A DNA stretch of 56,575 nucleotides from Methanobacteriota archaeon (GTDB lineage: Archaea; Thermoplasmatota; Poseidoniia; MGIII; CG-Epi1): assembly GCA_002687355.1 (NCBI GenBank), contig NYZZ01000036.1, forward strand, positions 1-56,575, given 5' to 3'. The notes under the pieces are model-generated. The model saw only the letters and a list, made by a program, of their open reading frames with translations. It did no database searches and was not told where the DNA came from. Below are positions 1-10,477 of the stretch, one piece after another (within the stretch, counting starts at the first letter, position 1; each line of letters opens with the position of its first letter). The position numbers and the translations under genes are program-made.

Positions 1-1284
<1,284 letters not shown>

Positions 1285-1356
1285 CTATCTGTTGGGACGG
1301 CAGACGAATGAGGTTAAAAGCATGTCCCTAATTTTATATATCTGTCGTCAGTAAAA

Positions 1357-3042
1357 TTAGCGATGCAGGAACAGCGCTTGACTTCGCTCCAGTCTGACAA
1401 AGCCAATCCGCTCGAATTGCACCACTTCGCCCATCATTTCGGCAGCCGCTGGCTCTGCAATGCCCTCAACCTTTGAGCCGTTCGGTCTCAGCAGCTGTAG
1501 CGGCTCACCGGCCACACACCATTGAAGGATTGGTACGCCTTTAATCGGGGCATCGCTAACATGCTCCAACTGGCCATTGCGTAGTCGGCAATTACACAAG
1601 TTCTTGAGCCGAAGCAAATCGCCCTCTGCCAGCTGTGCCATGTCGGCCGCCGGCAACAAAATAGTCACACCTGGCATGACTGTTTCACGCCTCTCACCCA
1701 TCTCGGCATGCTCGGGATGAAATGGTGCGTGCTTCTCCAACGGCTGTGATGCTTCAAGGATTAGCTCAACTGGTTCTGGTACCCAGAAGAGACGTTTCGC
1801 CTCTGGCTCAACAAGCACGCGATTGGCTGCCTCCAAATTCTGCCACGATAGCGTGATATCTGCCTCCTTGACGCCGGCAGCTATCCAGTAATCCATGATA
1901 GCCTGCGGCTGGTAGCCGCGCCGTCGTAGCGCCGCAAGTGTCGCGAGCTGTGGGTCATCCCAGCCACAATAATCTCCATCAGCGATACCTTCGGAAATAG
2001 TAGTGGTCTTGAGCAACGCGTCGGGAATCGAGACCAGCCCATAGTGAATGAACTGCGGCTCGCCCCAATCTAGGTGACGGTAGACCCATTGCTGACACAG
2101 TGTATTATTCAGATGGTCCTTGCCGCGCAGTACGTGCGTCACACCGAGTCGATAATCGTCAACTGCAACGGCAAAATTATAGGTCGGCCAGAGTCGCCAC
2201 GTACTGCCCTGTCGTGGGTGTGAAGTTTCAACAACTCGTAGAGCGACGAAATCACGCAGTGCAGGATTATTGCTTTCGAGGTCAGTCTTTACGACCACTA
2301 TTCCATCGCCCCCGGAAAACAGCGCTTCAAACGCCGCTAGATGCGATGCTGATTTGTCGTCGCGGCAAGGGCAAGCTGTGCTGTGGCGCTTCAGCTCGCG
2401 CCACTTTTCGGCGTCGCAGTGGCAAACGTAGGCTGCATCACGTGACAGCAGCTCACGGGCATCTTCGTAGTAAATTTCGAGGCGATCCGACTGTACCACT
2501 ATCTCGTTAGGCTTTGCACCGAGCCATTCCATATCTAAAGTAATTAGGTCATATGCGGCCGGGTCGACTACCGTCGGGTTGGTATCCTCCAGCCTCAGGA
2601 TAAGCTTGCCATTGTGTATTCCACGGAAGGCATGATTCAGCGCCACCGCTCGCGAGTGACCCAAATGTAGTGGACCGCTCGGTCCCGGTGCAAAGCGCAG
2701 CACCACCGGACCATCGACCTCGAGTGGTGTGAGCCCACTATGACCACTACCAGTCGCCTTGCGAGGTTTGGGTGCGGGTGCCTGCGCCGCCACTTCTGCA
2801 GGCGAAAGCGCGTTCACCTCAGTAACGATACGCGCCGCAATGGTACCCAGTTCGCGCGCTTGCGACCGTAAACCCGCGTGTGCGCCGAGCACCTTCCCTA
2901 AGACTGATTTCGGCTGCGCCGAACCGTGTCGGACCGCCTCCTGCAGCGCAGCTGCGCGCAATGCCTCCTCCGCTTCCACAGCGGCAAGGGCGATAACGGG
3001 GTTATCAATCTGCCGCCCACACCTGACAATTGACGGAAACAA
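1357..3042 (-). CDS. gltX: Glutamyl-tRNA synthetase, archaeal type
   Basis: 561-aa ORF with the class I HIGH motif in VLRFAPGPSGPLHLGHSRA. It has a roughly 110-aa N-terminal helical extension (..LQEAVRHGSAQPKSVLGKVLG..NALSPAE..) like methanogen GluRS. The longest ORF starts with TTG at 3042, and GTG at 2979 is an alternative start. Confidence 0.9.
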   Translation of the reverse strand: MFPSIVRCGRQIDNPVIALAAVEAEEALRAAALQEAVRHGSAQPKSVLGKVLGAHAGLRSQARELGTIAARIVTEVNALSPAEVAAQAPAPKPRKATGSGHSGLTPLEVDGPVVLRFAPGPSGPLHLGHSRAVALNHAFRGIHNGKLILRLEDTNPTVVDPAAYDLITLDMEWLGAKPNEIVVQSDRLEIYYEDARELLSRDAAYVCHCDAEKWRELKRHSTACPCRDDKSASHLAAFEALFSGGDGIVVVKTDLESNNPALRDFVALRVVETSHPRQGSTWRLWPTYNFAVAVDDYRLGVTHVLRGKDHLNNTLCQQWVYRHLDWGEPQFIHYGLVSIPDALLKTTTISEGIADGDYCGWDDPQLATLAALRRRGYQPQAIMDYWIAAGVKEADITLSWQNLEAANRVLVEPEAKRLFWVPEPVELILEASQPLEKHAPFHPEHAEMGERRETVMPGVTILLPAADMAQLAEGDLLRLKNLCNCRLRNGQLEHVSDAPIKGVPILQWCVAGEPLQLLRPNGSKVEGIAEPAAAEMMGEVVQFERIGFVRLERSQALFLHR

Positions 3043-3117
3043 CTGCTAGATGGGAGTTAATCAAGCTGTGCAGTCAGCAACGTCAATCTTTAATTCCAGA
3101 ACCGTACAGGGCACCCC

Positions 3118-3732
3118 ATGAAGTGGATGCTGACGGTGGCATTGCTACTTGCCACCACGGGCTGCATCGATGTACCTGCCATGAACGGGCTAATGGACCG
3201 ACTGGTACCAGAACCTGAGATGATTTATCAAGAGGTGGAACTGGCCCATTTTGAGGGACAGTTCGCGCCAGACCCAGACCAGGACCAAGGTGCGGTGCTG
3301 GACGCTGCTGAGAAGATTCTCAGCGACCCGGCCCAAATTGGGGCAGTAGCGCAGAACCTCTCCTGGGTCGAGTATACCCACCACTTCCTGCTGCCTCCCG
3401 GCGCTACTTGGCTGCGGATTGAGATTACTGTAGACTACACTCTTATCGGTGGCGGACAGCCGGAAGAGGGGCCTGCGGGAACGCTTGACTTGACCTTTCG
3501 CACTCCTGATGGGGAACGAAGATGCCGTGATGAGCGGAGCCCGCCCTGCTTCGAAATAGTCTATTTTGGTGATGGAGAGAAAGAAATCGATGGCTATTCA
3601 CCACCACTGCCACCGGTCCCGGGAGAGTGGATTGTCACTATTTCCGGCTCCGGGATGGAAGGCCTGCTTGGAGAGATAATCTACTCAGGCAACTACAAGA
3701 TGATAGTCGTGACCGAGCTGCCGGGCAGCTAG
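3118..3732 (+). CDS. Hypothetical lipoprotein
   Basis: 204 aa with a signal peptide and lipobox (MKWMLTVALLLATTGC). No catalytic motif recognised. An A/T box lies about 25-30 nt upstream of the ATG. Confidence 0.6.
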   Translation: MKWMLTVALLLATTGCIDVPAMNGLMDRLVPEPEMIYQEVELAHFEGQFAPDPDQDQGAVLDAAEKILSDPAQIGAVAQNLSWVEYTHHFLLPPGATWLRIEITVDYTLIGGGQPEEGPAGTLDLTFRTPDGERRCRDERSPPCFEIVYFGDGEKEIDGYSPPLPPVPGEWIVTISGSGMEGLLGEIIYSGNYKMIVVTELPGS

Positions 3733-3816
3733 AATGTCCCGCCGGTTTGAGCCTGTAGTCAAACAAGGTCTACTGCATCCGCATCACCGGTATTCAACAG
3801 CTCTCCATCTCTACTG

Positions 3817-4635
3817 CTAAAGCACCAATAGCATTAGCCCGACCACACCACAATAAGGTGCGAACCAGTGGAAGCGGCGCTGCTCAACAAGCATCAGCAG
3901 CCAGCGTAATGCCAAGAATCCCGTGATAGCGGCAGCGGCCACGCCCAGCAGAAATTCAATTGGCTCGATACCTGCAAGTGCTCCTTCGCGATCCTGCAAC
4001 AATTCGAGGCCAGTTGCGCCGAGGATAGCGGGCATCGACATCAGAAACGAGAGTCGGGCCGCCGCGACAGGGCGCATGCCAGCTGCCATCCCGGCCGCAA
4101 TTGTCAACCCCGAGCGTGAAATTCCTGGCAGCACCGCCAGTCCCTGTACCAGCCCCATCCAAGCACCGACTGTGAGTGGGACAGTCGCAGCATCGTGTGT
4201 GCCGCCACGCCCATGCGAGAACCAGAGCACGCCGGCAGTCATGAGTAATCCCACTCCCGTGATTGGAAGAGAGTCAAGCCAGTCTGTAGCTAACGTGTCA
4301 AAGCTGTAGCCAATAATCGCAGTTGGGATACTCGCCAGCAGCACCAGCAGTACGGTGCGCTCATCTGGATCGGATGTGCCCTCGCGAAACGTACGCAGGG
4401 CTCTTGGTGTAGCACGTAGCGCCCGCAGGATATCCTTGCGCAGCAGCCAACCTGCGGCGAGTAGTGTACCGAGGTGCAACGCGATGTTGAAAAAAAGTGG
4501 TGGACGCACGCCGCTAAGGTGCTCAAAAATCACCAGATGGCCACTGCTGCTGACCGGTAGCCACTCTGTTAGTCCCTGCACTATACCAAGCAGCACTGCG
4601 GTCGGCAAATCCATCCCCGAGCCGGACAGTCCCAC
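3817..4635 (-). CDS. uppP: Undecaprenyl-diphosphate phosphatase (UppP/BacA family)
   Basis: Polytopic membrane ORF carrying the signatures GIVQGLTEWLPVSSSGHL and LPGISRSG. Start is GTG at 4635 or ATG at 4614. Confidence 0.9.
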   Translation of the reverse strand: MGLSGSGMDLPTAVLLGIVQGLTEWLPVSSSGHLVIFEHLSGVRPPLFFNIALHLGTLLAAGWLLRKDILRALRATPRALRTFREGTSDPDERTVLLVLLASIPTAIIGYSFDTLATDWLDSLPITGVGLLMTAGVLWFSHGRGGTHDAATVPLTVGAWMGLVQGLAVLPGISRSGLTIAAGMAAGMRPVAAARLSFLMSMPAILGATGLELLQDREGALAGIEPIEFLLGVAAAAITGFLALRWLLMLVEQRRFHWFAPYCGVVGLMLLVL

Positions 4636-4684
4636 GGCGGGGCGAGTCGCTACGTTTATTTAACGCGGGTGCAGGTGCACAGCG

Positions 4685-5761
4685 ATGGTGTCACAGCAGT
4701 TGGAGTGCCCAGTCTGCTTCATACGCTTCGATACTGAACGGCAGGCAGGACAGTCGGTCACCTGCCCCAGCTGCGACCATAGTTTCAACACACCTGATGA
4801 GGAAAAATTTCCACCGGAAGCTGCCCCGACAGCACAGGTCGATGATGTTGAAGAAGAAACCACGTACGAAGCGACCGAAGAAGAAGCCCCGGACAATGAT
4901 AAAGAACCGGAGAGCGACGAGGCGGAGGAGGAAGCTCCACAAAATGACGAGATACTTGATAGGGAACCGGAGGATGCGACCAACGACGAAGAAGTGGATG
5001 CTGAGGAAGCACCGGAAACGGGTGAGCCAGATGATGACGAGCCGTCTGCCCCGCCAGATGCGACATCGCCTGGCGCACTGGTATTGTTGGGTGAGCTTTC
5101 GACTGCCTACCATACCAAACGACTGCAATCTGTCATCGATGGTCCACGCAGCCGGGCACAGCTAGCGGGGCTATTGCTGCTCGCAGTCGCAGTGCTGGGG
5201 TTACTGGCAGCGACCGCTACTGCAGTCAAGTGGAACGGCTACGATTCTCCTTGGGATGACGAGGTTACGGCCAGCCTTTACGGCTCAGTAATTGACGTTG
5301 ACGGAAACCAGCTTGAGGGTGTGCGCGTCGCCGCGGGTGGCCAGCAAACTTTTACTGACGGTGAGGGACGCTACTTCCTACATAACCTGACATCCGGTGA
5401 GCTGAAAGTGACCTTCTTCAGCCCCGGCTATCGCACTCACTCAATCTGGATTGATCTGCGACCGGCCGGCACCAACGACCTGCTCGTACAGCTTGAGATG
5501 GGTGATGGTCAAGATGTCGATGACCAACGCAGCCACGTTCTGCGACCATGGCCCCCCACCCAGGCGCTGGCTGCAGTCATGGGGGTAATGGCACTGCTGG
5601 CATTGTTCGGAAGCGCAGCGGCGCTGCTCGAACGCCATTTCCGACTGGCACTCTTCGGTGCGGTAGCGGGCATCCTAAGCTGGGGGTTCCTGCTCGGCAG
5701 CTTGTTCTCACTGGCGGCGCTGCTGCTGCTTTTGGGAGACCGTGAGCGGTTCGATGCGTGA
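4685..5761 (+). CDS. Zinc-ribbon membrane protein with acidic linker and carboxypeptidase-regulatory-like beta-sandwich
   Basis: 358 aa. It has an N-terminal CPVC..CPSC zinc ribbon, a roughly 90-aa Asp/Glu-rich stretch with EEAP repeats, and a TM helix. These are followed by GSVIDVDGNQLEGVRV..TDGEGRYFLHNL (CarboxypepD_reg-like) and C-terminal TM helices. Confidence 0.6.
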   Translation: MVSQQLECPVCFIRFDTERQAGQSVTCPSCDHSFNTPDEEKFPPEAAPTAQVDDVEEETTYEATEEEAPDNDKEPESDEAEEEAPQNDEILDREPEDATNDEEVDAEEAPETGEPDDDEPSAPPDATSPGALVLLGELSTAYHTKRLQSVIDGPRSRAQLAGLLLLAVAVLGLLAATATAVKWNGYDSPWDDEVTASLYGSVIDVDGNQLEGVRVAAGGQQTFTDGEGRYFLHNLTSGELKVTFFSPGYRTHSIWIDLRPAGTNDLLVQLEMGDGQDVDDQRSHVLRPWPPTQALAAVMGVMALLALFGSAAALLERHFRLALFGAVAGILSWGFLLGSLFSLAALLLLLGDRERFDA

Positions 5762-6282
5762 GCAACTGGCAGGTTGTACGGTTTATCACAGTACTCTCGC
5801 GCCGCGAGCAAGTAGCGCTAGCCCTGCTCTGGAGCTGGCTACTACTTGTTGCCGGAGGGCCATTACTACTGGAACCGGGAACGACCGGGGACTTGTCAGG
5901 ATACACCTTAGGTGTCGACAATGTGGAGATGCTTAACGAGATTAATCCTCTTGCGCGAGCGGTCTACTGGGTGGGGGATGTCAACTGCCACCAGAAGGCA
6001 ACACGTTCCTACGCATACGCAGACAACCAAATGCCGTTCTGCGCACGCGATCTAGGCATCTTCGCCGGTCTTGCTCTAGGCTTCACTGTTGCTTTACGAC
6101 GCCGTCCGGAGCTGTCACTGCCACTGGTACTGCTAGCACTAGTACCAATCGGCCTCGATGGAACCATTCAGCTGCTGACCGACTATGAATCGACCAATCC
6201 GCGACGGCTGGTCACGGGACTTATTGCAGGTGGCGTAACAGGATGGGCACTGATGATTATTTTGGAGCCGCGGCGAAATTAG
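5758..6282 (+). CDS. DUF2085-family membrane protein
   Basis: 174 aa with the motifs CHQKATRSY..FCARDLGIFAG and DGTIQLLTDYESTNPRRLVTG. The GTG start overlaps the upstream stop (GTGA). Confidence 0.7.
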   Translation: MSNWQVVRFITVLSRREQVALALLWSWLLLVAGGPLLLEPGTTGDLSGYTLGVDNVEMLNEINPLARAVYWVGDVNCHQKATRSYAYADNQMPFCARDLGIFAGLALGFTVALRRRPELSLPLVLLALVPIGLDGTIQLLTDYESTNPRRLVTGLIAGGVTGWALMIILEPRRN

Positions 6283-6296
6283 CTGGTATGCTCTTA

Positions 6297-6458
6297 CTAG
6301 TCCACAGACTCGTTGCACCACGGACAATCTCTCGCGTCCGGTGGTAGCACGCGGTAGCACTTTGCGCAGAGTTGGCCAGGGTTGTAGAACTTCTGCCACA
6401 GAAAAACGGAGGCGATGATGCCGAACAGCAGCAGCATGGCAGCAATGGTGAAAATCAT
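6297..6458 (-). CDS. Small membrane protein with C-terminal zinc ribbon
   Basis: This is the distal 53 codons of the 115-aa track ORF, from ATG at 6458. It reads MIFTIAAMLLLFGIIASVFLWQKF (TM) followed by CAKCYRVLPPDARDCPWC. The upstream part of the track ORF overlaps the peroxiredoxin gene and was discarded. Confidence 0.4.
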   Translation of the reverse strand: MIFTIAAMLLLFGIIASVFLWQKFYNPGQLCAKCYRVLPPDARDCPWCNESVD

Positions 6459-6498
6459 CGCTGTATCAACATGGATATGTGCGTGAAACCAATTGCTA

Positions 6499-7062
6499 TC
6501 ATAGGGTCTTACGGCCGGGGCGCCAACTAGCAGGGCAGGCCTTACCGGTCTGGAGTGCCTGCAATAATCGCACGATTTCGTCAATGCTGCGGCCGGTCCC
6601 GGCGGGGTAGACTGAGTAGGCGCGCACGATGCCCTCGTCATCAATTATGAAAGTGCCGCGGAGTGCCATCCCGGCGCGCTCGTCGAGGATGCCGTAGGCA
6701 CGGCTAATACGCAGTGAGGGGTCTTCCAGCAGCGGGTAGCCTAGCTTGTCGATGCCGCCGCGCGTGCGTGGACGCTCCATCCAAGCTTGGTGACTCTGCT
6801 TGGAATCGGTCGAGCAGCCAATAACTTGCGCGCCCGCCTGTTCAAAATCAGGCAGTCGACGGTTGAAGGCATGGATCTCGGTGGGACAGAGTCCGGAAAA
6901 ATCACGAGGATAGAAGAATAGCACGGTCCAGAGACTGCGCTTGCGGTTCTGTGCCAAGTCTACTGTTGGGTACTCGAAGTCTTTCTTGCGAGGGTTCCAG
7001 CGTACTGCCTTTCCCTCGAAATCAGGCGCTGGTTGTCCTATCTCGGCCCTCGCTTCACTCAC
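6499..7062 (-). CDS. Peroxiredoxin (typical 2-Cys Prx/AhpC family)
   Basis: 187 aa with the peroxidatic Cys motif FFYPRDFSGLCPTEI and a C-terminal KACPASW resolving-Cys context. Confidence 0.9.
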   Translation of the reverse strand: MSEARAEIGQPAPDFEGKAVRWNPRKKDFEYPTVDLAQNRKRSLWTVLFFYPRDFSGLCPTEIHAFNRRLPDFEQAGAQVIGCSTDSKQSHQAWMERPRTRGGIDKLGYPLLEDPSLRISRAYGILDERAGMALRGTFIIDDEGIVRAYSVYPAGTGRSIDEIVRLLQALQTGKACPASWRPGRKTL

Positions 7063-7100
7063 CCTATGAACCTCGTGGAAGCGGTGAGTCGAGGCCCGGT

Positions 7101-8168
7101 TTAAGCGATTCGCGCGAAGTCCTGTATCGCCTCAATAACTGTACTGATGTCACCCTCGGAAAGACCAGGGTGTATCGGCAAACTTAACACGCGGGAGGGG
7201 AATGTGGCGGCTCTGGGTGTCGTTGCAGTGAACTCCACCAGCGGCCGCGCCTCGTAGAGCAACGAGGGATAGTAAACACCACTACCGATGTCGTGTGCGG
7301 CAAGATGCTCCCGCAGAGCATCGCGCGTATCGGATTGAATGGTGTACTGGTGAAATACATGTCCGCGCCGCGCCTCGGGAACCTGCACGCAGTCGGCCAG
7401 CTCCGCGCTGTAGCGCTGCGCATTAGCACGGCGGGCAGAGTTATAGCCGTCCAGCTTGCGCAGCTGGACACGGCCAATAGCGGCGGCGATATCAGTCATA
7501 CGATAATTAAATCCCAACTGCAAATGCTCGTACCGCTCGCCCTGGCCATGCGCGCGTAGCTGTGCTACCGTATCGGCCACCGCATCGTTATTGGTTGTCA
7601 CCATGCCTCCCTCGCCAGTAGTCATATTTTTTGTGGGATAGAAGCTGAAGCAGCCTGCAAGCCCAAGTGCCCCCGCACGACCGTTCCCGGCGTCAGCACC
7701 ATGTGCTTGGCAAGCATCCTCAATAATCGGTACTTGCGCTGCGTCGCACACTTCGCAGAGTGCGGTCATGTTGCACAGCTCGCCGTAGAGGTGGACCGGT
7801 AACACTGCCTTCGTGCGCGGTGTGATGGCCGTCGCGACCGCAGCAGGATCAAGGGTGTAGCTATCCGGCTCCAAGTCGACGAAAACTGGTGTCGCACCTA
7901 CCATGCGAATGCTGGATGCGCTCGCAAAAAACGAGAAGGGTGTCGTGATAACCTCATCGCCTGGGCCGACACCGGCTGCAAGCAGAGCTAGATGCAGTGC
8001 AGTGGTACCGTTGGTCGTTGCGAGAGCGTGCCGCGTGCCGCAGAAAGCGGCGAACTCGCGCTCAAAAACCTCAACCTCGGGGCCTTGCGCCAGCAAGCCT
8101 GAAGAAAGGACGCGCGCGACCTCGCGCTGCTCCTCGTCGCCTACCAGTGGTTTCGCAATTGGAATCAT
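7101..8168 (-). CDS. DegT/DnrJ/EryC1/StrS-family PLP-dependent sugar aminotransferase
   Basis: 355 aa. The N-terminus MIPIAKPLVGDEE and the FSFYPTKNMTTGEGG PLP-lysine region are typical of the family. Confidence 0.88.
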   Translation of the reverse strand: MIPIAKPLVGDEEQREVARVLSSGLLAQGPEVEVFEREFAAFCGTRHALATTNGTTALHLALLAAGVGPGDEVITTPFSFFASASSIRMVGATPVFVDLEPDSYTLDPAAVATAITPRTKAVLPVHLYGELCNMTALCEVCDAAQVPIIEDACQAHGADAGNGRAGALGLAGCFSFYPTKNMTTGEGGMVTTNNDAVADTVAQLRAHGQGERYEHLQLGFNYRMTDIAAAIGRVQLRKLDGYNSARRANAQRYSAELADCVQVPEARRGHVFHQYTIQSDTRDALREHLAAHDIGSGVYYPSLLYEARPLVEFTATTPRAATFPSRVLSLPIHPGLSEGDISTVIEAIQDFARIA

Positions 8169-8266
8169 CGTGAGCGCACGCAGAATGAGCCATTTAACAA
8201 CGCTGGCACCTGTGTTGCAATAATCTCGAGAACTCCAGAAAGGTGGGACCCAACGCCAGATTTACC

Positions 8267-8295
8267 TATAAATTATTAACCCAATTATTAAATAG
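8267..8295 (+). promoter_or_regulatory. A/T-rich TATA-like boxes upstream of the MIP channel gene
   Basis: tataaattattaa and aattattaaata lie about 30-55 nt upstream of ATG 8327, in an otherwise GC-rich context. Confidence 0.4.
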
Positions 8296-8326
8296 TGGCT
8301 TCTACAGGCTATTTTTGGTGTCCACT

Positions 8327-8935
8327 ATGTTTGAAGACACGAACACAAAAGCCGTCAGTGCCGAAGCCATGGGAACCTTCTTTCTGGTTTTCATAGGCCT
8401 CAGTGCTTTCGTCACGCTTGGTGGGGGTTTCGGCGGGGCATTCGCCTTCGGTGTAACTCTCATGGTCCTGATGCACGTCATGGGACCCATATCCGGATGT
8501 CACCTCAACCCTGCGGTGTCCATCGGGAATTTTATGTCGAACAAAATGTCGCAGGATGATGCTATTGCATATGTCCTAGCACAGATTGGCGGCGCGTTCA
8601 TCGCTGCAGCAGCTATAGGGGGGACATTTGACTTCCTGTCAGGTGACATGGCTATCCTCGGTCAAGCAGTGGTCGGCACGACCTTCTTCGTGATGGTTCT
8701 GCTCACGACCTCAGATCCCTGGGCTGTTGGAGGCACATTGTTCGTGATGACTGCAATGGCGAGCGGCTTTGGTGACGTCAACCCCGGCGTACTCGCTGGT
8801 GGAGCAATAGAGGCAAACCTGCTGGCCGACACCGCGCCTACAGCTGAGGCGGCGTCTGCAACCATGTACGCTATGGTTGGTGGAGTCATAGGCGCCATAG
8901 CTGGCTGGGCCATCAAAGACAACGTTCTGGATTGA
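8327..8935 (+). CDS. MIP/aquaporin-family channel, short and divergent
   Basis: 202 aa from ATG 8327 (the track ORF begins at GTG 8243). Six predicted TM segments. Loop B is SGCHLNPAVSIG and loop E is GDVNPGVLAGG. Confidence 0.75.
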   Translation: MFEDTNTKAVSAEAMGTFFLVFIGLSAFVTLGGGFGGAFAFGVTLMVLMHVMGPISGCHLNPAVSIGNFMSNKMSQDDAIAYVLAQIGGAFIAAAAIGGTFDFLSGDMAILGQAVVGTTFFVMVLLTTSDPWAVGGTLFVMTAMASGFGDVNPGVLAGGAIEANLLADTAPTAEAASATMYAMVGGVIGAIAGWAIKDNVLD

Positions 8936-8975
8936 AACACACACACCTTAGGGGCTTGCGTCCCCATTGAAAACC

Positions 8976-9009
8976 GTGTCCCGTCTACGGGCGGGACACA
9001 CCCTTTTTT
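8976..9009. terminator. Hairpin plus T-tract between convergent genes
   Basis: gtgtcccg (8976-8983) pairs with cgggacac (8992-8999) around an 8-nt loop. A tttttt tract follows at 9004-9009. It lies between the MIP gene (+) and the VIT1 gene (-). Confidence 0.5.
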
Positions 9010-9027
9010 CAGGTTGACTGCACGTGT

Positions 9028-9933
9028 TCATACTGAGATATTGAACCACCCACGCAGAAGGATTCCTACACCATACGAAAGTAGCGCTACGCCGCCCGAA
9101 ATAGCACACATCTCGATAAAGCGGCGGCGAAACGGCTGATCTTGTGCAACCGCGACATAGTAGTTGAACGCGGCGACGATGAAAACACCTATGATGAGCG
9201 TCGCGCCGAGCGCCTGGTGCAGCACCGATAGCCCCCATACTGGAGCCGCGTCTGGCTGCAACGCTAGGTAAGGAAACACCAGCAGGAATACCGTCACCAG
9301 ATACGCGATACCAGTGTAGAAGGCAGCGCGCAGTGGATTGCGGTTGTCAGCTTCAGTGCGCGTTGCTAGGAATTCGGAAGCGGCCATCGACATCGCCGCC
9401 GCAATGCCAGTGACGAGTCCCGCCAGCGCGACCAAGCGCAGGTTCTGGAACGCGAAAGTCAATCCGGCCAGCGCACCCGTAAGCTCGACTAGTGCATCGT
9501 TGAGGCCGAGCACCATCGATCCAGTATACTGCAGCCGCTCCTCATCAAGCATCGCCAGCAGGTGCTGCTCGTGAGCTTCCTCCTCCTCCATAATTGGCCG
9601 TGCGGCAGGGATTACATCGAGGATGTTGCGATACTCGGTAGCGATGTTCACCTCATCACGCTCAAGCAAGTTGACACAGAAAGTGATGCCCAGCAGTCGC
9701 GCCAGCAGCGAAAACCATGCTACACGTAGGCGTGAGGGTGCTACCTCCTGACCAGAATATTCCTTCCAGAACTCATAGTGTCGTACCTCGTCATCAGCTA
9801 TCTGCTGGAGTACCTTGCGATTCTGCGCATTCTTCTCTCGTTTAGCCAACTTCTCATAGATGAGCGCCTCGGTCAACTCCAGATACTGGAAGCGCAGTAC
9901 CTGCTTCAGGGTCGCTGCGTCAATCTCCATCAA
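9028..9933 (-). CDS. Ferritin-like domain fused to a VIT1/CCC1-family iron/manganese transporter
   Basis: 301 aa. The N-terminal four-helix region (LTEALIYEKLA..DEVRHYEFW..EEEEAHEQHL) is followed by about 5 TM helices typical of VIT1. Confidence 0.85.
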   Translation of the reverse strand: MMEIDAATLKQVLRFQYLELTEALIYEKLAKREKNAQNRKVLQQIADDEVRHYEFWKEYSGQEVAPSRLRVAWFSLLARLLGITFCVNLLERDEVNIATEYRNILDVIPAARPIMEEEEAHEQHLLAMLDEERLQYTGSMVLGLNDALVELTGALAGLTFAFQNLRLVALAGLVTGIAAAMSMAASEFLATRTEADNRNPLRAAFYTGIAYLVTVFLLVFPYLALQPDAAPVWGLSVLHQALGATLIIGVFIVAAFNYYVAVAQDQPFRRRFIEMCAISGGVALLSYGVGILLRGWFNISV

Positions 9934-9954
9934 TGGCCCAGCGCGGGGCAGTTT

Positions 9955-10425
9955 TCACCCCTTGCCCCTAACTGGCAACAAAGCGCAGCGTGTCAAGACT
10001 AGCTTTGGCCAGCGTTCGGCCGGGTTGGCATCGAGCGCTCCTTGCGGCAGTCCGAAGGCTTGGTAGTCAAAATCGTCAATTGAGAGCACACCTTCATCCT
10101 CCGTGACCTGATCTGCCAACCCTGTAGGCGGTTCCCCGAAAGCAACCCACGCTACAGCCTCCGTTACAGGCGTCAATCCGGCGTGAACTATAGCGCGCGA
10201 GACCTGCCGCTGACCGGTCAGATATAGCAGCACCTCACTAGCTCGGCTATGCGAGAGCGCGTAGCCACCGGTATGTGCGCGTTGTGCCAACTCAGCCGCC
10301 TGCCGAAGATGCAACACGCCGCATACTGCCTTGGCATCGACTAGTGCCAGCTCCGGTCCCAGCAGAGCCTTTAGCGCTTCGTCACTTCCCGGCTGGCAGC
10401 GGCCACTACCGACAGTGAACTCCAT
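9955..10425 (-). CDS. cgi121: KEOPS complex subunit Cgi121 (probable)
   Basis: 156 aa. ..LVDAKAVCGVLHLRQAAELA..ASEVLLYLTGQRQVSRAI.. matches my recollection of archaeal Cgi121 (..EILVRASGQRQIHEAI..). Confidence 0.55.
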   Translation of the reverse strand: MEFTVGSGRCQPGSDEALKALLGPELALVDAKAVCGVLHLRQAAELAQRAHTGGYALSHSRASEVLLYLTGQRQVSRAIVHAGLTPVTEAVAWVAFGEPPTGLADQVTEDEGVLSIDDFDYQAFGLPQGALDANPAERWPKLVLTRCALLPVRGKG

Positions 10426-10441
10426 GCTGGCGAAGGCAGGG

Positions 10442-10455
10442 CATATTATATATCT
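10442..10455. promoter_or_regulatory. Central TATA-like box shared by divergent genes
   Basis: catattatatatct sits in the 52-nt spacer between the cgi121 start (10425, -) and ATG 10478 (+). It is about 23 and 29 nt from the two starts. Confidence 0.45.
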
Positions 10456-10477
10456 GGCAGCACCCTCGCGTCATCCT

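Noticed and set aside
4691-5165. Several overlapping ORFs in other frames and strands across the acidic-linker region
   Set aside because: These are products of the GA-rich low-complexity coding repeat of the 358-aa zinc-ribbon protein. Their translations are Arg/Lys or Ser homopolymer-like.
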